This document shows, one piece after another, positions 22,797-32,992 of a stretch of DNA of 64,000 nucleotides (the first letter of the stretch is position 1; the number at the start of each line of letters is the position of its first letter). The position numbers and the translations under genes are program-made. Origin of the DNA: Vulcanimicrobiota bacterium. Its GTDB lineage: Bacteria > Vulcanimicrobiota > Xenobia > Xenobiales > JADMJV01. The notes beneath the pieces were generated by a model. That model was given only the letters and a program-made list of their open reading frames with translations, was not told where the DNA came from and did not search any database. The stretch spans positions 299,292-363,291 of the forward strand of contig JBFWNU010000003.1 in the NCBI GenBank assembly GCA_050250895.1, in the 5' to 3' direction.

Positions 22797-24059
22797 CTAG
22801 CCCCGTCCCATCCGTTCAAGCATCCACTGAATCAGTCGGCCATCACTGTTTTCTCCGGCGACGAAGCCCAGTTCTGGATCGATTGCCATCTGACACTGGG
22901 TCGTCAGCAACTTTAGCAGATTTCCGTCGCGATATGCGAGGCGTTTCTCATTCAGTCCGGAGACGAGTTGGTCAACATCATACCCATGGCCGCTGATGAA
23001 GTTGACGAAATCGGGAGCCGTCACGTCGGTCTCGCCAGCGACACACAGTTTGTGGACAACTACGTACTCGCAGATGTCGAGTATGGCCGGTTGCCAGGTC
23101 GCTTCCTGCTCGTCCCCGTCGCCAACCGTGGGTGTCTTTAGGACGCCCGTCAAATTCCATTGCGGTTCACCCGAGACCTCAGTGTAATGTCCCCTAATGA
23201 ACGGGGCAAGGGGCTCGACGGAAAGCTCGCCCAAAGTTGGCACCACTTTCGTTTCGAAGCGGTAATCCAGTCTGGTGAACAGCTGCTCCAAGAGGATCAA
23301 TAGTGGGTTGCCTGCGTATGAAGCGTATAATTCCCATACGTCCGGATCTTGAGAAACCGCAGCATACGGCATCCCGTCGAGCTTAACGAGGGAGCCGGCC
23401 GACGTGGCAATCAAGTTCGGGAATACCAGTGGTCCGTAACCAAGCTCGGACTCAGTCTCTTGGACGAAGTCCGCGAAGCCTTTTCTGAGAGTGTCTTCGC
23501 TCTTGTACCCGTGGTATCCGAACACGACGCGGAGTGGGAATGCTGATTCGCAAACAATAGTGTGATGCACGCCTTGGAGGTGAATAGGGAGATTCTCGAC
23601 TTCGGCAGCGGCGGGCAACGGCATCCCGGCGATATGCCTGAATGCATCATCAGCGAGCTCGGCTTTCAGATCGCGTTTCGGCGGGCCCAGCGCAACGACG
23701 CTCCTAAGCTTATCAAAAGAGTCCGTCAACTCCCTGGTGTAGAGATTCTTCTTAACCTCCAAAACGGCTATGACATCCTCAAGTCTATACTTTCGATGTT
23801 GTGTGCGTGGTATCTCGACACCAGGTCCCAACCCGATCAGGATGTCGATCTGCTTACTCTGCCGATCATCATTCTCTATGACGCCAGTTGCGACCGTGAG
23901 ACTGGCCAATTTTTTGGGCAGAGCCTTCTCAAGAATCTCTCGTGCTAGACCCTCGTACATGTCGCCGATGATGCCCGGATGGCCGATGTTCTGCGCATCG
24001 AGAAGCTCGGTCTCCTTCTTCAAGAGTGTCGTCAATATGTCTGCTATCCTTTGAACCAT
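22797..24059 (-). CDS. DUF6602/NucC-like PD-(D/E)xK nuclease with C-terminal extension
   Basis: HPGIIGDMYE, SKQIDILI, VIAVLEVKK; GGAG RBS. Confidence 0.8.
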   Translation of the reverse strand: MVQRIADILTTLLKKETELLDAQNIGHPGIIGDMYEGLAREILEKALPKKLASLTVATGVIENDDRQSKQIDILIGLGPGVEIPRTQHRKYRLEDVIAVLEVKKNLYTRELTDSFDKLRSVVALGPPKRDLKAELADDAFRHIAGMPLPAAAEVENLPIHLQGVHHTIVCESAFPLRVVFGYHGYKSEDTLRKGFADFVQETESELGYGPLVFPNLIATSAGSLVKLDGMPYAAVSQDPDVWELYASYAGNPLLILLEQLFTRLDYRFETKVVPTLGELSVEPLAPFIRGHYTEVSGEPQWNLTGVLKTPTVGDGDEQEATWQPAILDICEYVVVHKLCVAGETDVTAPDFVNFISGHGYDVDQLVSGLNEKRLAYRDGNLLKLLTTQCQMAIDPELGFVAGENSDGRLIQWMLERMGRG

Positions 24060-24646
24060 CCGCCTTCTCCATGGCGTCTCCCGTGGTCAAGAAGTTCGCT
24101 GAGTGACAACATCCGGTCCTCCTAGCTCTTCATTGTGCGAGTCGTGGCATTGTGAGAGCATCGGACCTCCAACCACCACCACCGCATCCAGCACGGCGTT
24201 CCCTTATCCAGCGGGCACCACAACTTGCGCTTGGCGGGCTAAGCCCCCCCTTTTAAGGGGGGTAGGGGGCGTATCCTCAGCCAGGCGCCAGGTCGGCCGT
24301 GGCGCTGTGTGTCGTCGTCTTGGTCCCCGAGGGGTCCCCATCTCCGGGCAACGACGAGGTCAAATCTCGAACACAGCCTCAGCAAATGACCGTTTCGAAG
24401 GGTTTCTGAGCTAGTCGAGTGCGGTTGTCTAATCAAACCCTTAACATTGCGAAGGTTAAGGTCTGACAATATTTGGCGCGGTGCGTACTTCCAGCTGGAA
24501 GTGGGTTCAGTTCGTGAAGCAATCGTTTGCCGAATTGCCGCCGCCCGCTCCAAGCGAGCATGGCAAACTCGTTCGCCCGCCGCGCGGTGGAGCCGCCTCA
24601 CCCGGCATATCAGTGTTCTTTCAGGCTGTGGGACTAGGCTGGATCG

Positions 24647-25210
24647 GTGAGAATCGCAGCCAACATGACCGGCGGAACCCTCGAACGCGAGCGGGCGCAG
24701 CTGCAGCAGCGCATCGCCCAGCAAGACCAGCGCGAGGCCGAGAGCCGCGATGTGTTTGAGGCGAGCGTGCGCAAGTACGAGCGCACCGCCAAACTTCGCA
24801 GCGCCCTGCCGAAGATCGGGCTGGGGTGCACGATGGTCGGCGTGAGTCTGCCCACGGCCGGATTGAATCTAATCTCGGTCAACCGCACTCTGGGGTTCAC
24901 CCTGGCCGGCATCGGTCTGGTGGGGCTGGCCGGCTGTGCCGCCTGCATCTTCGCCATCGAGAGGATGAAGTCGCACCGAACCCTGGATCATCTCGAGTCG
25001 GAGATTAGGGTCAAGAAGCTGGCTATGGAAGCGGTGGCTACCGAAAGACAGGGCCTGGCCCAACTCGAGGCCGAGCTGCATGCCAGATTCGACGAGCGCG
25101 ACAAGCTGGCCAAGATGCTGGTCGGCGTCGACCGCGAGGTCAACGGGTTGCAAGACCACCCGACCTATGTCGAGGTTGGCGACCAGTCGGTCTCGAAGTC
25201 CACCGACTAG
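24647..25210 (+). CDS. Hypothetical coiled-coil protein with two TM segments
   Basis: 187 aa; -10-like TAGGCT 6 nt before GTG; 1-nt overlap with the P450 gene. Confidence 0.7.
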   Translation: MRIAANMTGGTLERERAQLQQRIAQQDQREAESRDVFEASVRKYERTAKLRSALPKIGLGCTMVGVSLPTAGLNLISVNRTLGFTLAGIGLVGLAGCAACIFAIERMKSHRTLDHLESEIRVKKLAMEAVATERQGLAQLEAELHARFDERDKLAKMLVGVDREVNGLQDHPTYVEVGDQSVSKSTD

Positions 25211-26571
25211 TGCTACCCCCTGGCCCGAAAGGGCTGCCGATTTTCGGCTCGCTGTTTGCGTTCACACGCGACATGCCGGGTTTTCTGGTGGGCCTCAACG
25301 AGAGCTACGGAAGCCTGGCTTCGTTTCGTGTTGGACGGCGGCCAGTCATCAACCTGGCCGAGCCCGAGTTGATCGGCAAGGTGTTGGTCGATGACGCTGA
25401 TAGCTTCATCAAGAGCTACGGCCTGCAGCGGGCCAAGGTGGTGTTGGGCGAGGGGTTGCTCACCAGTGAAGGAGAGTTCCATCTGCGGCAGCGGCGGCTC
25501 TCTTCCAAGGCCTTTCTGAAGAAGCGGATCGATGCCTATGCCGACACGATGGTGAGCTTCACGCAGCGGCATGCGGGCGAGTGGCGCGAGGGACAAACCA
25601 TCGATCTGGCTCACCACATGATGGAACTGACCTTGCGCATCGTCTCGAAGACGCTGTTTGATACCGATTCCGCCACCGATGTGCGCACGGTGGGTGAGGC
25701 GATGACGGCTCTGCAGGAGCTGTTTCCGTGGCTTTTGACTCCCTACACTCGCGTGCTCGAGAAGCTGCCCGTGCCGGGCACGCTGCGCTTTCGCCGGGCC
25801 AGAGCGGGCTTGGATTCGGTCATCTATCGCATCCTGGCCGAACGGCGCGCTAATCCCGAGGACCGGGGCGATCTGTTGTCGATGCTGATGCTGGCCACCG
25901 ATGACGAGGGCGACGGCTCGCGCATGAGTGATCTGCAATTGCGCGACGAGGTGCTGACCATCTTTCTGGCCGGCCACGAAACCACCGCCACTGCCCTGGC
26001 CTGGACCGGCTATCTGCTGTGTTTGCATCCGCATCACTACGCGCGGTTGCTGGCCGAGGTCGACGATGTGTTGCGAGGACGGGCTGCTCGAGCCGAAGAT
26101 TACGGGCGCCTGGAATACACGCGCCAGGTGGTGGCCGAGTCGATGCGACTTTATCCGCCGGCCTGGGGGATGGGACGCATGGCGACCAGGGACTATCCTC
26201 TGGGGGACTATGTTCTGCCGGCCGGCGGAACGGTGCTGGCCAGCCCCTTCGTGCTGGGGCGTGACGCCAGGTTTTTTCCCGAGCCGCTGGTCTTTGACCC
26301 CAGCCGTTTTTCGGCCGAGCAAGAGAAGGCTCGTCCGCGCCACGTGTACTTTCCGTTCGGGGCCGGCAAGCGCAAATGTCTGGGCGAGCGTTTCGCCTGG
26401 ATGGAGGCGGTGCTGGTGTTGGCGACGCTTTCGCAGCAATGGCGATTTCACTACGATCGCGGCGCTCCGGTGCGCTACCGAGCGGCGGTCACGCTGCGGC
26501 CTCATCCCCAGGTTCCGGTGCGACTGTCCAGACGGGAAACAGTGTCCACTTCCTCGAACACCACCGCGTGA
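25210..26571 (+). CDS. Cytochrome P450
   Basis: AGHETT I-helix, ESMR (ExxR), [10 protein letters not shown] heme motif. Confidence 0.97.
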   Translation: MLPPGPKGLPIFGSLFAFTRDMPGFLVGLNESYGSLASFRVGRRPVINLAEPELIGKVLVDDADSFIKSYGLQRAKVVLGEGLLTSEGEFHLRQRRLSSKAFLKKRIDAYADTMVSFTQRHAGEWREGQTIDLAHHMMELTLRIVSKTLFDTDSATDVRTVGEAMTALQELFPWLLTPYTRVLEKLPVPGTLRFRRARAGLDSVIYRILAERRANPEDRGDLLSMLMLATDDEGDGSRMSDLQLRDEVLTIFLAGHETTATALAWTGYLLCLHPHHYARLLAEVDDVLRGRAARAEDYGRLEYTRQVVAESMRLYPPAWGMGRMATRDYPLGDYVLPAGGTVLASPFVLGRDARFFPEPLVFDPSRFSAEQEKARPRHVYFPFGAGKRKCLGERFAWMEAVLVLATLSQQWRFHYDRGAPVRYRAAVTLRPHPQVPVRLSRRETVSTSSNTTA

Positions 26572-26996
26572 GCGAGCTTCCTCAAGAACCCGATTTCGAG
26601 ACCTTCGAGCGCCGGGCCCGGCTGGAGTACAACTTCCATCTGCTGGGTGAGGACCAGCTTAGCGCCACCCTCGATGAACTGGAACAGTCGGTCAACGCCT
26701 TTCGCGATTGCCTGGTCTCGCTCGATGAGCGGGCTGATGAACCGCTCACCTGTGCAGACCTCGCCAACAGCCTGCGAGCCTTCGCCCGCATGACGGGCCT
26801 GCGCGAGCAGATGCAGCGGCAACTCGAGCACAGCATCCTCGATGAAAGCCTGGCTCGCACTAAGCGCGATCTGGCCAAACTTCAGCTGATGGCTCGCTTG
26901 CTGCCCGAGGAAGAGCTGCTGCAATCCCTGCACGAACTCGACCCTGAGGTGAGGGCTTTCGTGGATAGTTATCGTCGCCGAAACAGCCCGGATTGA
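26568..26996 (+). CDS. Hypothetical helical protein
   Basis: GTGA overlap with the P450 stop; acidic helical composition. Confidence 0.6.
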   Translation: MSELPQEPDFETFERRARLEYNFHLLGEDQLSATLDELEQSVNAFRDCLVSLDERADEPLTCADLANSLRAFARMTGLREQMQRQLEHSILDESLARTKRDLAKLQLMARLLPEEELLQSLHELDPEVRAFVDSYRRRNSPD

Positions 26997-27119
26997 CTGT
27001 CCACAACCAGGGTTGTGGTCGTGGAAAAAATTGCATGAAACTGGGATAACTACGGCAGTCATTCACAAGGAATCCACAGGCGAGTTTGGGAACCCAAAGG
27101 GATAACATCAGGGGGGCTC

Positions 27120-27425
27120 ATGACGGTCAACCCTGAAACGACTACCAGATCCCGTGGTGATCTCAGGAAGGTGACAGACTTGAACAAACAACAACTATCT
27201 ATCAAACTGAACTCGCTCGACTCCAAATTCCTCTGCCCTCTGTGCCGGCATGAGGGCCATGCCAACGTGGGACCTCAGCTGTTCCTCTCGGAATGCTGGA
27301 CCCCGGTGTGCCGGGAATGTGGAGACGAGCACGCCCCCGCGCTGTCGGCCCTGCTCGACCTCGCTGCTTGTGCGGCCGCGTTTTCGATCGAGGCCCGGGA
27401 TCACGGAACGGCTGTCGCAGTTTAA
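27120..27425 (+). CDS. Small zinc-finger-like protein
   Basis: CPLC...CREC; G-rich RBS; followed by a terminator. Confidence 0.65.
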   Translation: MTVNPETTTRSRGDLRKVTDLNKQQLSIKLNSLDSKFLCPLCRHEGHANVGPQLFLSECWTPVCRECGDEHAPALSALLDLAACAAAFSIEARDHGTAVAV

Positions 27426-27446
27426 GATCACCAAAGCTCAACTTGC

Positions 27447-27477
27447 AGCCCCGCCCTTCGGCGGGGCTCTTTTCTTT
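27447..27477 (+). terminator. Intrinsic terminator
   Basis: AGCCCCGCC-CTTC-GGCGGGGCT plus T-rich tail. Confidence 0.85.
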
Positions 27478-27514
27478 CTCGAGGAATTCGGTTGGTCAAC
27501 ACGAACCGTGGGGA

Positions 27515-29227
27515 ATGTCGACCGGCGACTTGCTCAAGAATCCCTATGTGTGCGGACACCCGGTCACGGGCCAGGAGTTCTTTGGTCGTCGTGACGAGTT
27601 GAGTCGGCTGGTCAGCCAGATTGAGCGTGGCGGACACTACTGCATCCTGGGCCCGGCCAAGGTGGGCAAAACCTCGCTCCTTCAAGCCCTGGCCAAGAGC
27701 GATTTAGGCGATAACTACCTTTTCTGCTATTGCCGCCTGCGCAGCGACGGGGCCAGTCTGGGTGAAGAGATCGAGTCGGCGCTGCGGGCCGCTTTGCGAG
27801 AGCGCGCACGACGGCAAGAAGGCAGCTCGACGGGTCTGCAGAGCGTGCTCGAAGCGGTCGACCGCATGGACCCTGAAGGCACGGTGCGCAAAGCCGCGGG
27901 GCAGGCTTTCGGCCGGCTTTTTCAGGGAGTGAAGAAGGCTCTCGACCTGCCCCAGACGCCAGCCGAGAGCGACCCCGAGGGGTTGGGCCAGTTGCGTCGC
28001 ACCTTGGCCAGGCTCAAAGCCCAGGACCTGCGCCCGGTGATTTTGCTCGACGACGCCGAGCGCCTGTTGCGGGCCCGTCCCGAAGAGCCGGCTTATCGCC
28101 GACTGCTCGAGGCCATCTTCGATGAGCGGTTGGCGAGTTTCGCCCTCACCCTCGGCCTGAGGCACCGCGACCTGGTGCTCAATTTACCCGAGACCTTGAG
28201 AATGCGGCTCGGTGCACTGGCGACCTCCGAGGCTCGCTCTCTGTTCGTGCAGCCGGCCGCGACGCTAGAAGTGGTGTTCACCGACGAGTGGGTCGAGGCC
28301 GGCCTGAAATATGTGGGCTCGCATCCTTATCTGGTGCAGACCTACGCGTTTCATCTGTTTTCCAGACTGCAGAGCGAACAGCCTGATCGTCAACGTCTCG
28401 AGCGCGAGGTTCGAGAAGCTTGTGGGCCGATTCTCGAGGAGACCATTCAAGAGTTGGCTCCGGCCGAGGCCCAATGGTTGAGAACCCACTGGACCGACCC
28501 TTCGCCGGCCCAGGGTGAAGAGACGCTGGCCCTCAAGACGCTGGGAATTCTCGACGCGGAGGGCAAGCTGGTGCCGGTGCTGGCCGACTTCCTCAAACGT
28601 CGCTGGGACCAGCCGGCTTCCGAGGCTACTCCGACCCAGGCAGTCATCGAGAAGACCACAGAGCGCACTCTGCTCGAGGTGATCGAGGAGCGCATGCGAC
28701 TCGACACTTATCTGCGCGAGCGCTTTACGCACGTGGCTACCTTCGTGGACATCGACGTGGTGGGCTCGACTCAACTCAAGGTTGGTGAGGACGAGTTCGG
28801 CGTCATCTATTCCTTCGAAGAGTTTCACAAGTGGCAGAAAGAGAAGATCGAGGGCGGAGGGGGTCGCCTGCTCAACGCCATCGGTGACGAAACGATGAGC
28901 ATGTTCGACGAGCCCGAGCAGGCCCTGACGGTGCTGCGCGAGATGCTCGACGATCTGCCCCGCTTCAACGCCAGCGAGCGCAATCGACTCAAAGGCGACT
29001 TCACCTTTCGGGCCGGGGTGCATCTGGGCGAGGTGATTCGCGACACCACCATCGAGAAGGCGTATTCCCATGTGCTGGACCTGGCCGGGCATCTGCAGAA
29101 GCTAGCGCCCAATGGCTCGGTGGCCGTCTCGCAACTGGTCTATGAGGCGCTGGGCAAACCCGACTATCTCGAGCCGTGGCAGTTCGCCGAACGAGATGGG
29201 ATCATGACCTTTCGACTGAAAGCCTAG
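27515..29227 (+). CDS. P-loop (STAND/AAA-like) ATPase fused to a C-terminal class III nucleotide cyclase
   Basis: NPY...FFGRRDE, GPAKVGKT, VILLDD, HPYLVQ; then DIDVVGST, NAIGDE, RAGVHLG. Confidence 0.85.
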   Translation: MSTGDLLKNPYVCGHPVTGQEFFGRRDELSRLVSQIERGGHYCILGPAKVGKTSLLQALAKSDLGDNYLFCYCRLRSDGASLGEEIESALRAALRERARRQEGSSTGLQSVLEAVDRMDPEGTVRKAAGQAFGRLFQGVKKALDLPQTPAESDPEGLGQLRRTLARLKAQDLRPVILLDDAERLLRARPEEPAYRRLLEAIFDERLASFALTLGLRHRDLVLNLPETLRMRLGALATSEARSLFVQPAATLEVVFTDEWVEAGLKYVGSHPYLVQTYAFHLFSRLQSEQPDRQRLEREVREACGPILEETIQELAPAEAQWLRTHWTDPSPAQGEETLALKTLGILDAEGKLVPVLADFLKRRWDQPASEATPTQAVIEKTTERTLLEVIEERMRLDTYLRERFTHVATFVDIDVVGSTQLKVGEDEFGVIYSFEEFHKWQKEKIEGGGGRLLNAIGDETMSMFDEPEQALTVLREMLDDLPRFNASERNRLKGDFTFRAGVHLGEVIRDTTIEKAYSHVLDLAGHLQKLAPNGSVAVSQLVYEALGKPDYLEPWQFAERDGIMTFRLKA

Positions 29228-30093
29228 GTAAAGGCCACGAAGAATCCGTAGCCCCATAAGGCCAGGTTGGCCACCGGCAGGATCAACCCTCCCCACGGCA
29301 GCCGATGACGGCCTTCGAAGCCACCCGTGAAGCTGACTTTGGCATCGCCTGGAAGGCAGTCTAGCAGCAGCGCTCTCGAGGGGTTGTGAGGCAAGTAAAG
29401 CAGGGGCTCTTCTTTCTCGTCGGTGATGTCGTCATACTCGTGGGTGCTGTAGACGTGCTGCTGGGTCCGTCCGGCCGCGTCCTCGAACTCGAAGGTGAAC
29501 TTGTAGACTCTCTGTTCGTTGACCTCGGTGTTGGTGGCTTTCTTCGAGATCTGCCTGGCTTTGGCCACCACGCCATTTCTCAGTAGGGTCCAGGCTTTGA
29601 AGCCCCAGAAGATGTTAAACGACAACAAGAGTAAACCGATACCGCCAAAGATGGCCACTCCGCCGAGAGGGACGGGGGTGGCGCGGCCATCGTGGAGCAT
29701 TCCCACGCTGGGATCGTTCTGGCTGTAGTCGACGGAAACTGTCTCGCCCGGGTCGTATTCATACCCTGTCATAAACGAGCGTCCGCCTGACTTTTGTCCG
29801 TCCACCTCGTATTCGAAATAGATGGCGTAGACCGGTTCTTCGTTGATCTCCAGGGGCCACTTCTCGCAGCCCGTGACCACCCCCGATACGGTCGATTTCG
29901 GGCCGGTGATGGTCTTGGAGCCGGTCAACGAAGTGAAGAAGCCGCACAAATGCAGGAGCACTCCGAGGAAGAGGATCCACAGCCAGCCAAATTGGGCCAG
30001 GCAACCCGAGCAGAACACTTCTAGTAGCAGAGGCGTGGCCACAGCCCGGGGCGGAGGGGCCAGACGGTCGAGGTCTCTGAAACGTTCGGACAC
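29224..30093 (-). CDS. DUF3592-type membrane protein (two repeats)
   Basis: TM pairs with YFEYEVDG...GETVSVDYSQNDP and FEFED...LLYLPHNP. Confidence 0.75.
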   Translation of the reverse strand: MSERFRDLDRLAPPPRAVATPLLLEVFCSGCLAQFGWLWILFLGVLLHLCGFFTSLTGSKTITGPKSTVSGVVTGCEKWPLEINEEPVYAIYFEYEVDGQKSGGRSFMTGYEYDPGETVSVDYSQNDPSVGMLHDGRATPVPLGGVAIFGGIGLLLLSFNIFWGFKAWTLLRNGVVAKARQISKKATNTEVNEQRVYKFTFEFEDAAGRTQQHVYSTHEYDDITDEKEEPLLYLPHNPSRALLLDCLPGDAKVSFTGGFEGRHRLPWGGLILPVANLALWGYGFFVAFT

Positions 30094-30134
30094 TCCCTCA
30101 TGTTCTGGTCGAGGGAGCGTGGGCCTGCCGGATC

Positions 30135-30166
30135 AAAAAGGGCCCCCGGGGGAGACCGGGAGCCTT
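30135..30166 (-). terminator. Probable intrinsic terminator
   Basis: GGCTCCCGG/CCGGGGGCC stem with T5 on the minus strand, 25 nt after the 30191 stop. Confidence 0.65.
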
Positions 30167-30190
30167 ACCAGGAGGTTGATTTCAGGTGGG

Positions 30191-30616
30191 TTAGGCGGCG
30201 GCACGGCCGAAGCGCGTTCCGCAGGCGGTCAGGCGGTTGGCCAGGATGGCCAGCCAACTGGTGGGATTGGGGTCAAATTTCTGCCCTTTGTGCTCGACTT
30301 CGCGAACACGGCCCATCAGGGACTTGACGCTCATTTCCTGGGTGCCGGTTTCGGTGGCCATCACCAGGCGAGTCTCGGCCGGGCTGATCTTGCTGCGAAC
30401 GAAGCGGCGCAGGGCGATGCCTTCGCTGGTTCGCACCACCACCATGTCGCCAGCCCTGAGTTTGAAGAAGCTGCAGGGGTCGATGGCGACTTTGGAGCCG
30501 TGGGGCACGGTGGTGTTGAGGTCGGAGTGGTGAACCACCAGCCGGCGTCCGCCTTCGAGCGCTCCTGCGGACTGGATATCGTTGTTGAGTTTCATTTGCA
30601 TTCCGGTGTAGTTCAT
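30191..30616 (-). CDS. Degenerate S24/S26 peptidase-like protein
   Basis: AGGAGG RBS; TVPHGSKVAI...LRAGDMVVV...LRRFV...LMGRV pattern. Confidence 0.55.
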   Translation of the reverse strand: MNYTGMQMKLNNDIQSAGALEGGRRLVVHHSDLNTTVPHGSKVAIDPCSFFKLRAGDMVVVRTSEGIALRRFVRSKISPAETRLVMATETGTQEMSVKSLMGRVREVEHKGQKFDPNPTSWLAILANRLTACGTRFGRAAA

Positions 30617-30737
30617 CTGTCGTTGCCTCCTAAAACTATCTTACCGGAATCGACCAGGCGCCCCTAGGAGATCCGACACATTGTGAGCCGTCTCACAGGC
30701 TCTTGCGCGAACGCTTCGGCTGTCTTACCATGGCGAC

Positions 30738-31049
30738 ATGCGATGGATACTACTGGTCTGCCTCCTGTCTGCCCCGACCCTGGCCGAGCCAGTCTTCGCC
30801 CCGGTCACCACTTCGGGGACGCCCCACGTCGAGTTCGGCCAGGACGGCCGAGGCCAGGTCATCGGAGCCACTCAGCCCGAGCAACTCCAGCCGGCACCCC
30901 TGCGAGTCGAGCACCGCCAACCGCTGGTGCGACCGGTGCGGGCTATCCCCTGGTGGATGCGCATGCGCGAAGGCTGCTACTATGACCCCTACCGCTTCTA
31001 TCGCTGCCAGCAGCCCAGTCCCTATCCCCCCGGTTGGGACTGTCCTTAA
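30738..31049 (+). CDS. Small secreted hypothetical protein
   Basis: Signal peptide MRWILLVCLLSAPTLA. Confidence 0.6.
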   Translation: MRWILLVCLLSAPTLAEPVFAPVTTSGTPHVEFGQDGRGQVIGATQPEQLQPAPLRVEHRQPLVRPVRAIPWWMRMREGCYYDPYRFYRCQQPSPYPPGWDCP

Positions 31050-32902
31050 GGTCGACGCGGCACCGAGCGCGGCACCATCCCGCCAAGGTGCTTGAGCAAG
31101 TCGTCAGTCAACTTCAGATCGGGGTCGATGCGCACCGCTTTGCGAGCGGCCGCCCGGGCCTCGTCGTAGCGCTCGAGGCGAATGCAGACGCGGGCCAGTT
31201 TGAACAGGGTGCGAGGTTCGTTGGGAGCCGTGGTCAAGCTTTGCTTGAAGGCCAGGCGAGCTTTATCCCACTGTTTTTCGGCCTCGTAGAGGTCGCCTAG
31301 CCGAGCGGTGGCGATGGGATGAAAGGCAGCACTGCGGGCCACCGTTTCCAGCAACTCGATGGACCGGTCCACCTCGCCCCGGTGATAGGCCAATTCGGCC
31401 AGCAGCAGTTTGGGCTTGCAAGCTTTGGGAGAGACCTCGAGGGCGCGCAACAGGTCGGCCTCGAGCGACGAGTTACCGGGTCCGGTCAGCTCTTCGCCCT
31501 GGACGGCCAGGTATTTGTAGGCGGGAGTGGGAGGCTCGCCCCGCCAGAACACCAGGCAGGTATCATCGAGATAGACCAGATTCCATTCGGGCGACTCGCG
31601 CAAGAACTTGCCGAACTCCTCTTCACCACCCACCGGGTAGCGCATGAAGATGACCGAAACCTTGTATTTCTCGATTAGCGCCTGCCGTTTGGGGGCCGAG
31701 TGGATGATGGAGTTGTGGTCGATGAGCAAGGAGTCGGGATAGAGGGTGGTCATGCCGTGCACGAATGGCGGCAGGTTGTTGAAGGCCATGATGCCGCCGT
31801 AAGCATAGGTGTTGAAGATGCGACCTTCGGTAGGATGAGCCTTGAGATAGGCAATGCCCCCGGTTGGCAAATGGCTGTAGTCGCCGATAGCCGGCCAGGT
31901 CCAGGCCATGAAGGCGGCTGCTGCCAGCACCTGCAGAGTGCGTCGCTCGCGGCCCAGGTAGCCGGCCGCAAAGGCCACCAGGGGTGTTACCACCGGGGCC
32001 AGTTCGCCCAGGGCGCGGATGTAGCGAAAGGCCAGGGCCAGAAAGACCAGACTGATGACCAGATGGGCCAACTGAAATCGCCGCTGCCGCCAGGCGCGCC
32101 AGAAGGCCCACAAGCCGATCAGGCAAAACCACCCCAAAGGCCCGGCCCACCAGTTGCCCTCGATCGGTCGCCACTCGACCACGATTTTCATGGGAATGGG
32201 CCGTTGCATGTGCTCGACCACGAACACGAACACCTGGTAGCCTCCGGGCCGGCAAATGCTGCCGAGGGTGGCCCAGGCTAGAGCGGGCAAAGCTCTGACC
32301 CGAGTGTTGCGTCCGAAGACCCAGTAAAGGCCCAGCAGCATCAAGCCGCTGACCATGCCCTGGTGAAAGTTGCTCCAGATGGCAAAGAGCCAGAACATCA
32401 GGGCGGGGCGATTTGGGGCCCGTCCGGTCTCGATGCGCAAAAGATAGACCACCAGCAGAATCAGTCCGAGGTCGGTGAACAGCCCCGCTCGCAGCGAGAA
32501 GCGCGTGTGCATGACGGCCATCCCCAGCCAACTCCAGCCCACCGCCAGTCCCGGTGACAGCCCCACCATCCGACAGGTCGAGTAGACCAGCCAGGCTAGC
32601 CAGGTCAACAGCAGGCCCTTGAGACAGCGCAGGCCCGGAACTCCGGCTGCTTGATGCACGCCATAGGCGAGCACCGACATGCCCCACTCGGGATTGATGT
32701 CATATTGAGCCGAGAAGGTATCGGCCGTGGACAGGAAGGTGGTGTAGTGAGGGATGGTCTGGGTGGTGACGATCTCGCGACCCATGCGCAGATAGAACCA
32801 GAGATCAAAGGAGGCCAGTGGAGCCGAGGTCCAGCGAAACACGCCCAGCACGAAAGCCACGACCAGGAGCTTCTCCCATGTGCGACTCGGCTGGCGGAAC
32901 AT
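31046..32902 (-). CDS. Polytopic membrane protein (GT-C-like) with C-terminal TPRs
   Basis: DLWFYLRMGREI, WSNFHQG, EWRP, many TM segments, TPR helices. Confidence 0.8.
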   Translation of the reverse strand: MFRQPSRTWEKLLVVAFVLGVFRWTSAPLASFDLWFYLRMGREIVTTQTIPHYTTFLSTADTFSAQYDINPEWGMSVLAYGVHQAAGVPGLRCLKGLLLTWLAWLVYSTCRMVGLSPGLAVGWSWLGMAVMHTRFSLRAGLFTDLGLILLVVYLLRIETGRAPNRPALMFWLFAIWSNFHQGMVSGLMLLGLYWVFGRNTRVRALPALAWATLGSICRPGGYQVFVFVVEHMQRPIPMKIVVEWRPIEGNWWAGPLGWFCLIGLWAFWRAWRQRRFQLAHLVISLVFLALAFRYIRALGELAPVVTPLVAFAAGYLGRERRTLQVLAAAAFMAWTWPAIGDYSHLPTGGIAYLKAHPTEGRIFNTYAYGGIMAFNNLPPFVHGMTTLYPDSLLIDHNSIIHSAPKRQALIEKYKVSVIFMRYPVGGEEEFGKFLRESPEWNLVYLDDTCLVFWRGEPPTPAYKYLAVQGEELTGPGNSSLEADLLRALEVSPKACKPKLLLAELAYHRGEVDRSIELLETVARSAAFHPIATARLGDLYEAEKQWDKARLAFKQSLTTAPNEPRTLFKLARVCIRLERYDEARAAARKAVRIDPDLKLTDDLLKHLGGMVPRSVPRRP

Positions 32903-32992
32903 CGCTCGGACTTCGACCGGACGCGAGCATCCCCTTGCAAATCGAAAGCCTTTCCAGGAATCGCCATCGGGCCTTCGAAGGGCGTGGAGATT

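Noticed and set aside
20200-24640. Prophage or integrative element call for the island
   Set aside because: No integrase, transposase, tRNA target or clear att direct repeat is visible
26961-27107. Cluster of DnaA-box-like words (CTGTCCACA, TCATTCACA, GAATCCACA, GGGATAAC) as oriC
   Set aside because: No perfect TTATCCACA, no clear unwinding element and no dnaA/dnaN context; at most a weak regulatory cluster
22797-29227. CBASS/Pycsar call linking the NucC-like nuclease with the cyclase
   Set aside because: They are on opposite strands, separated by unrelated genes, differ in composition, and there is no CD-NTase or cNMP-binding effector
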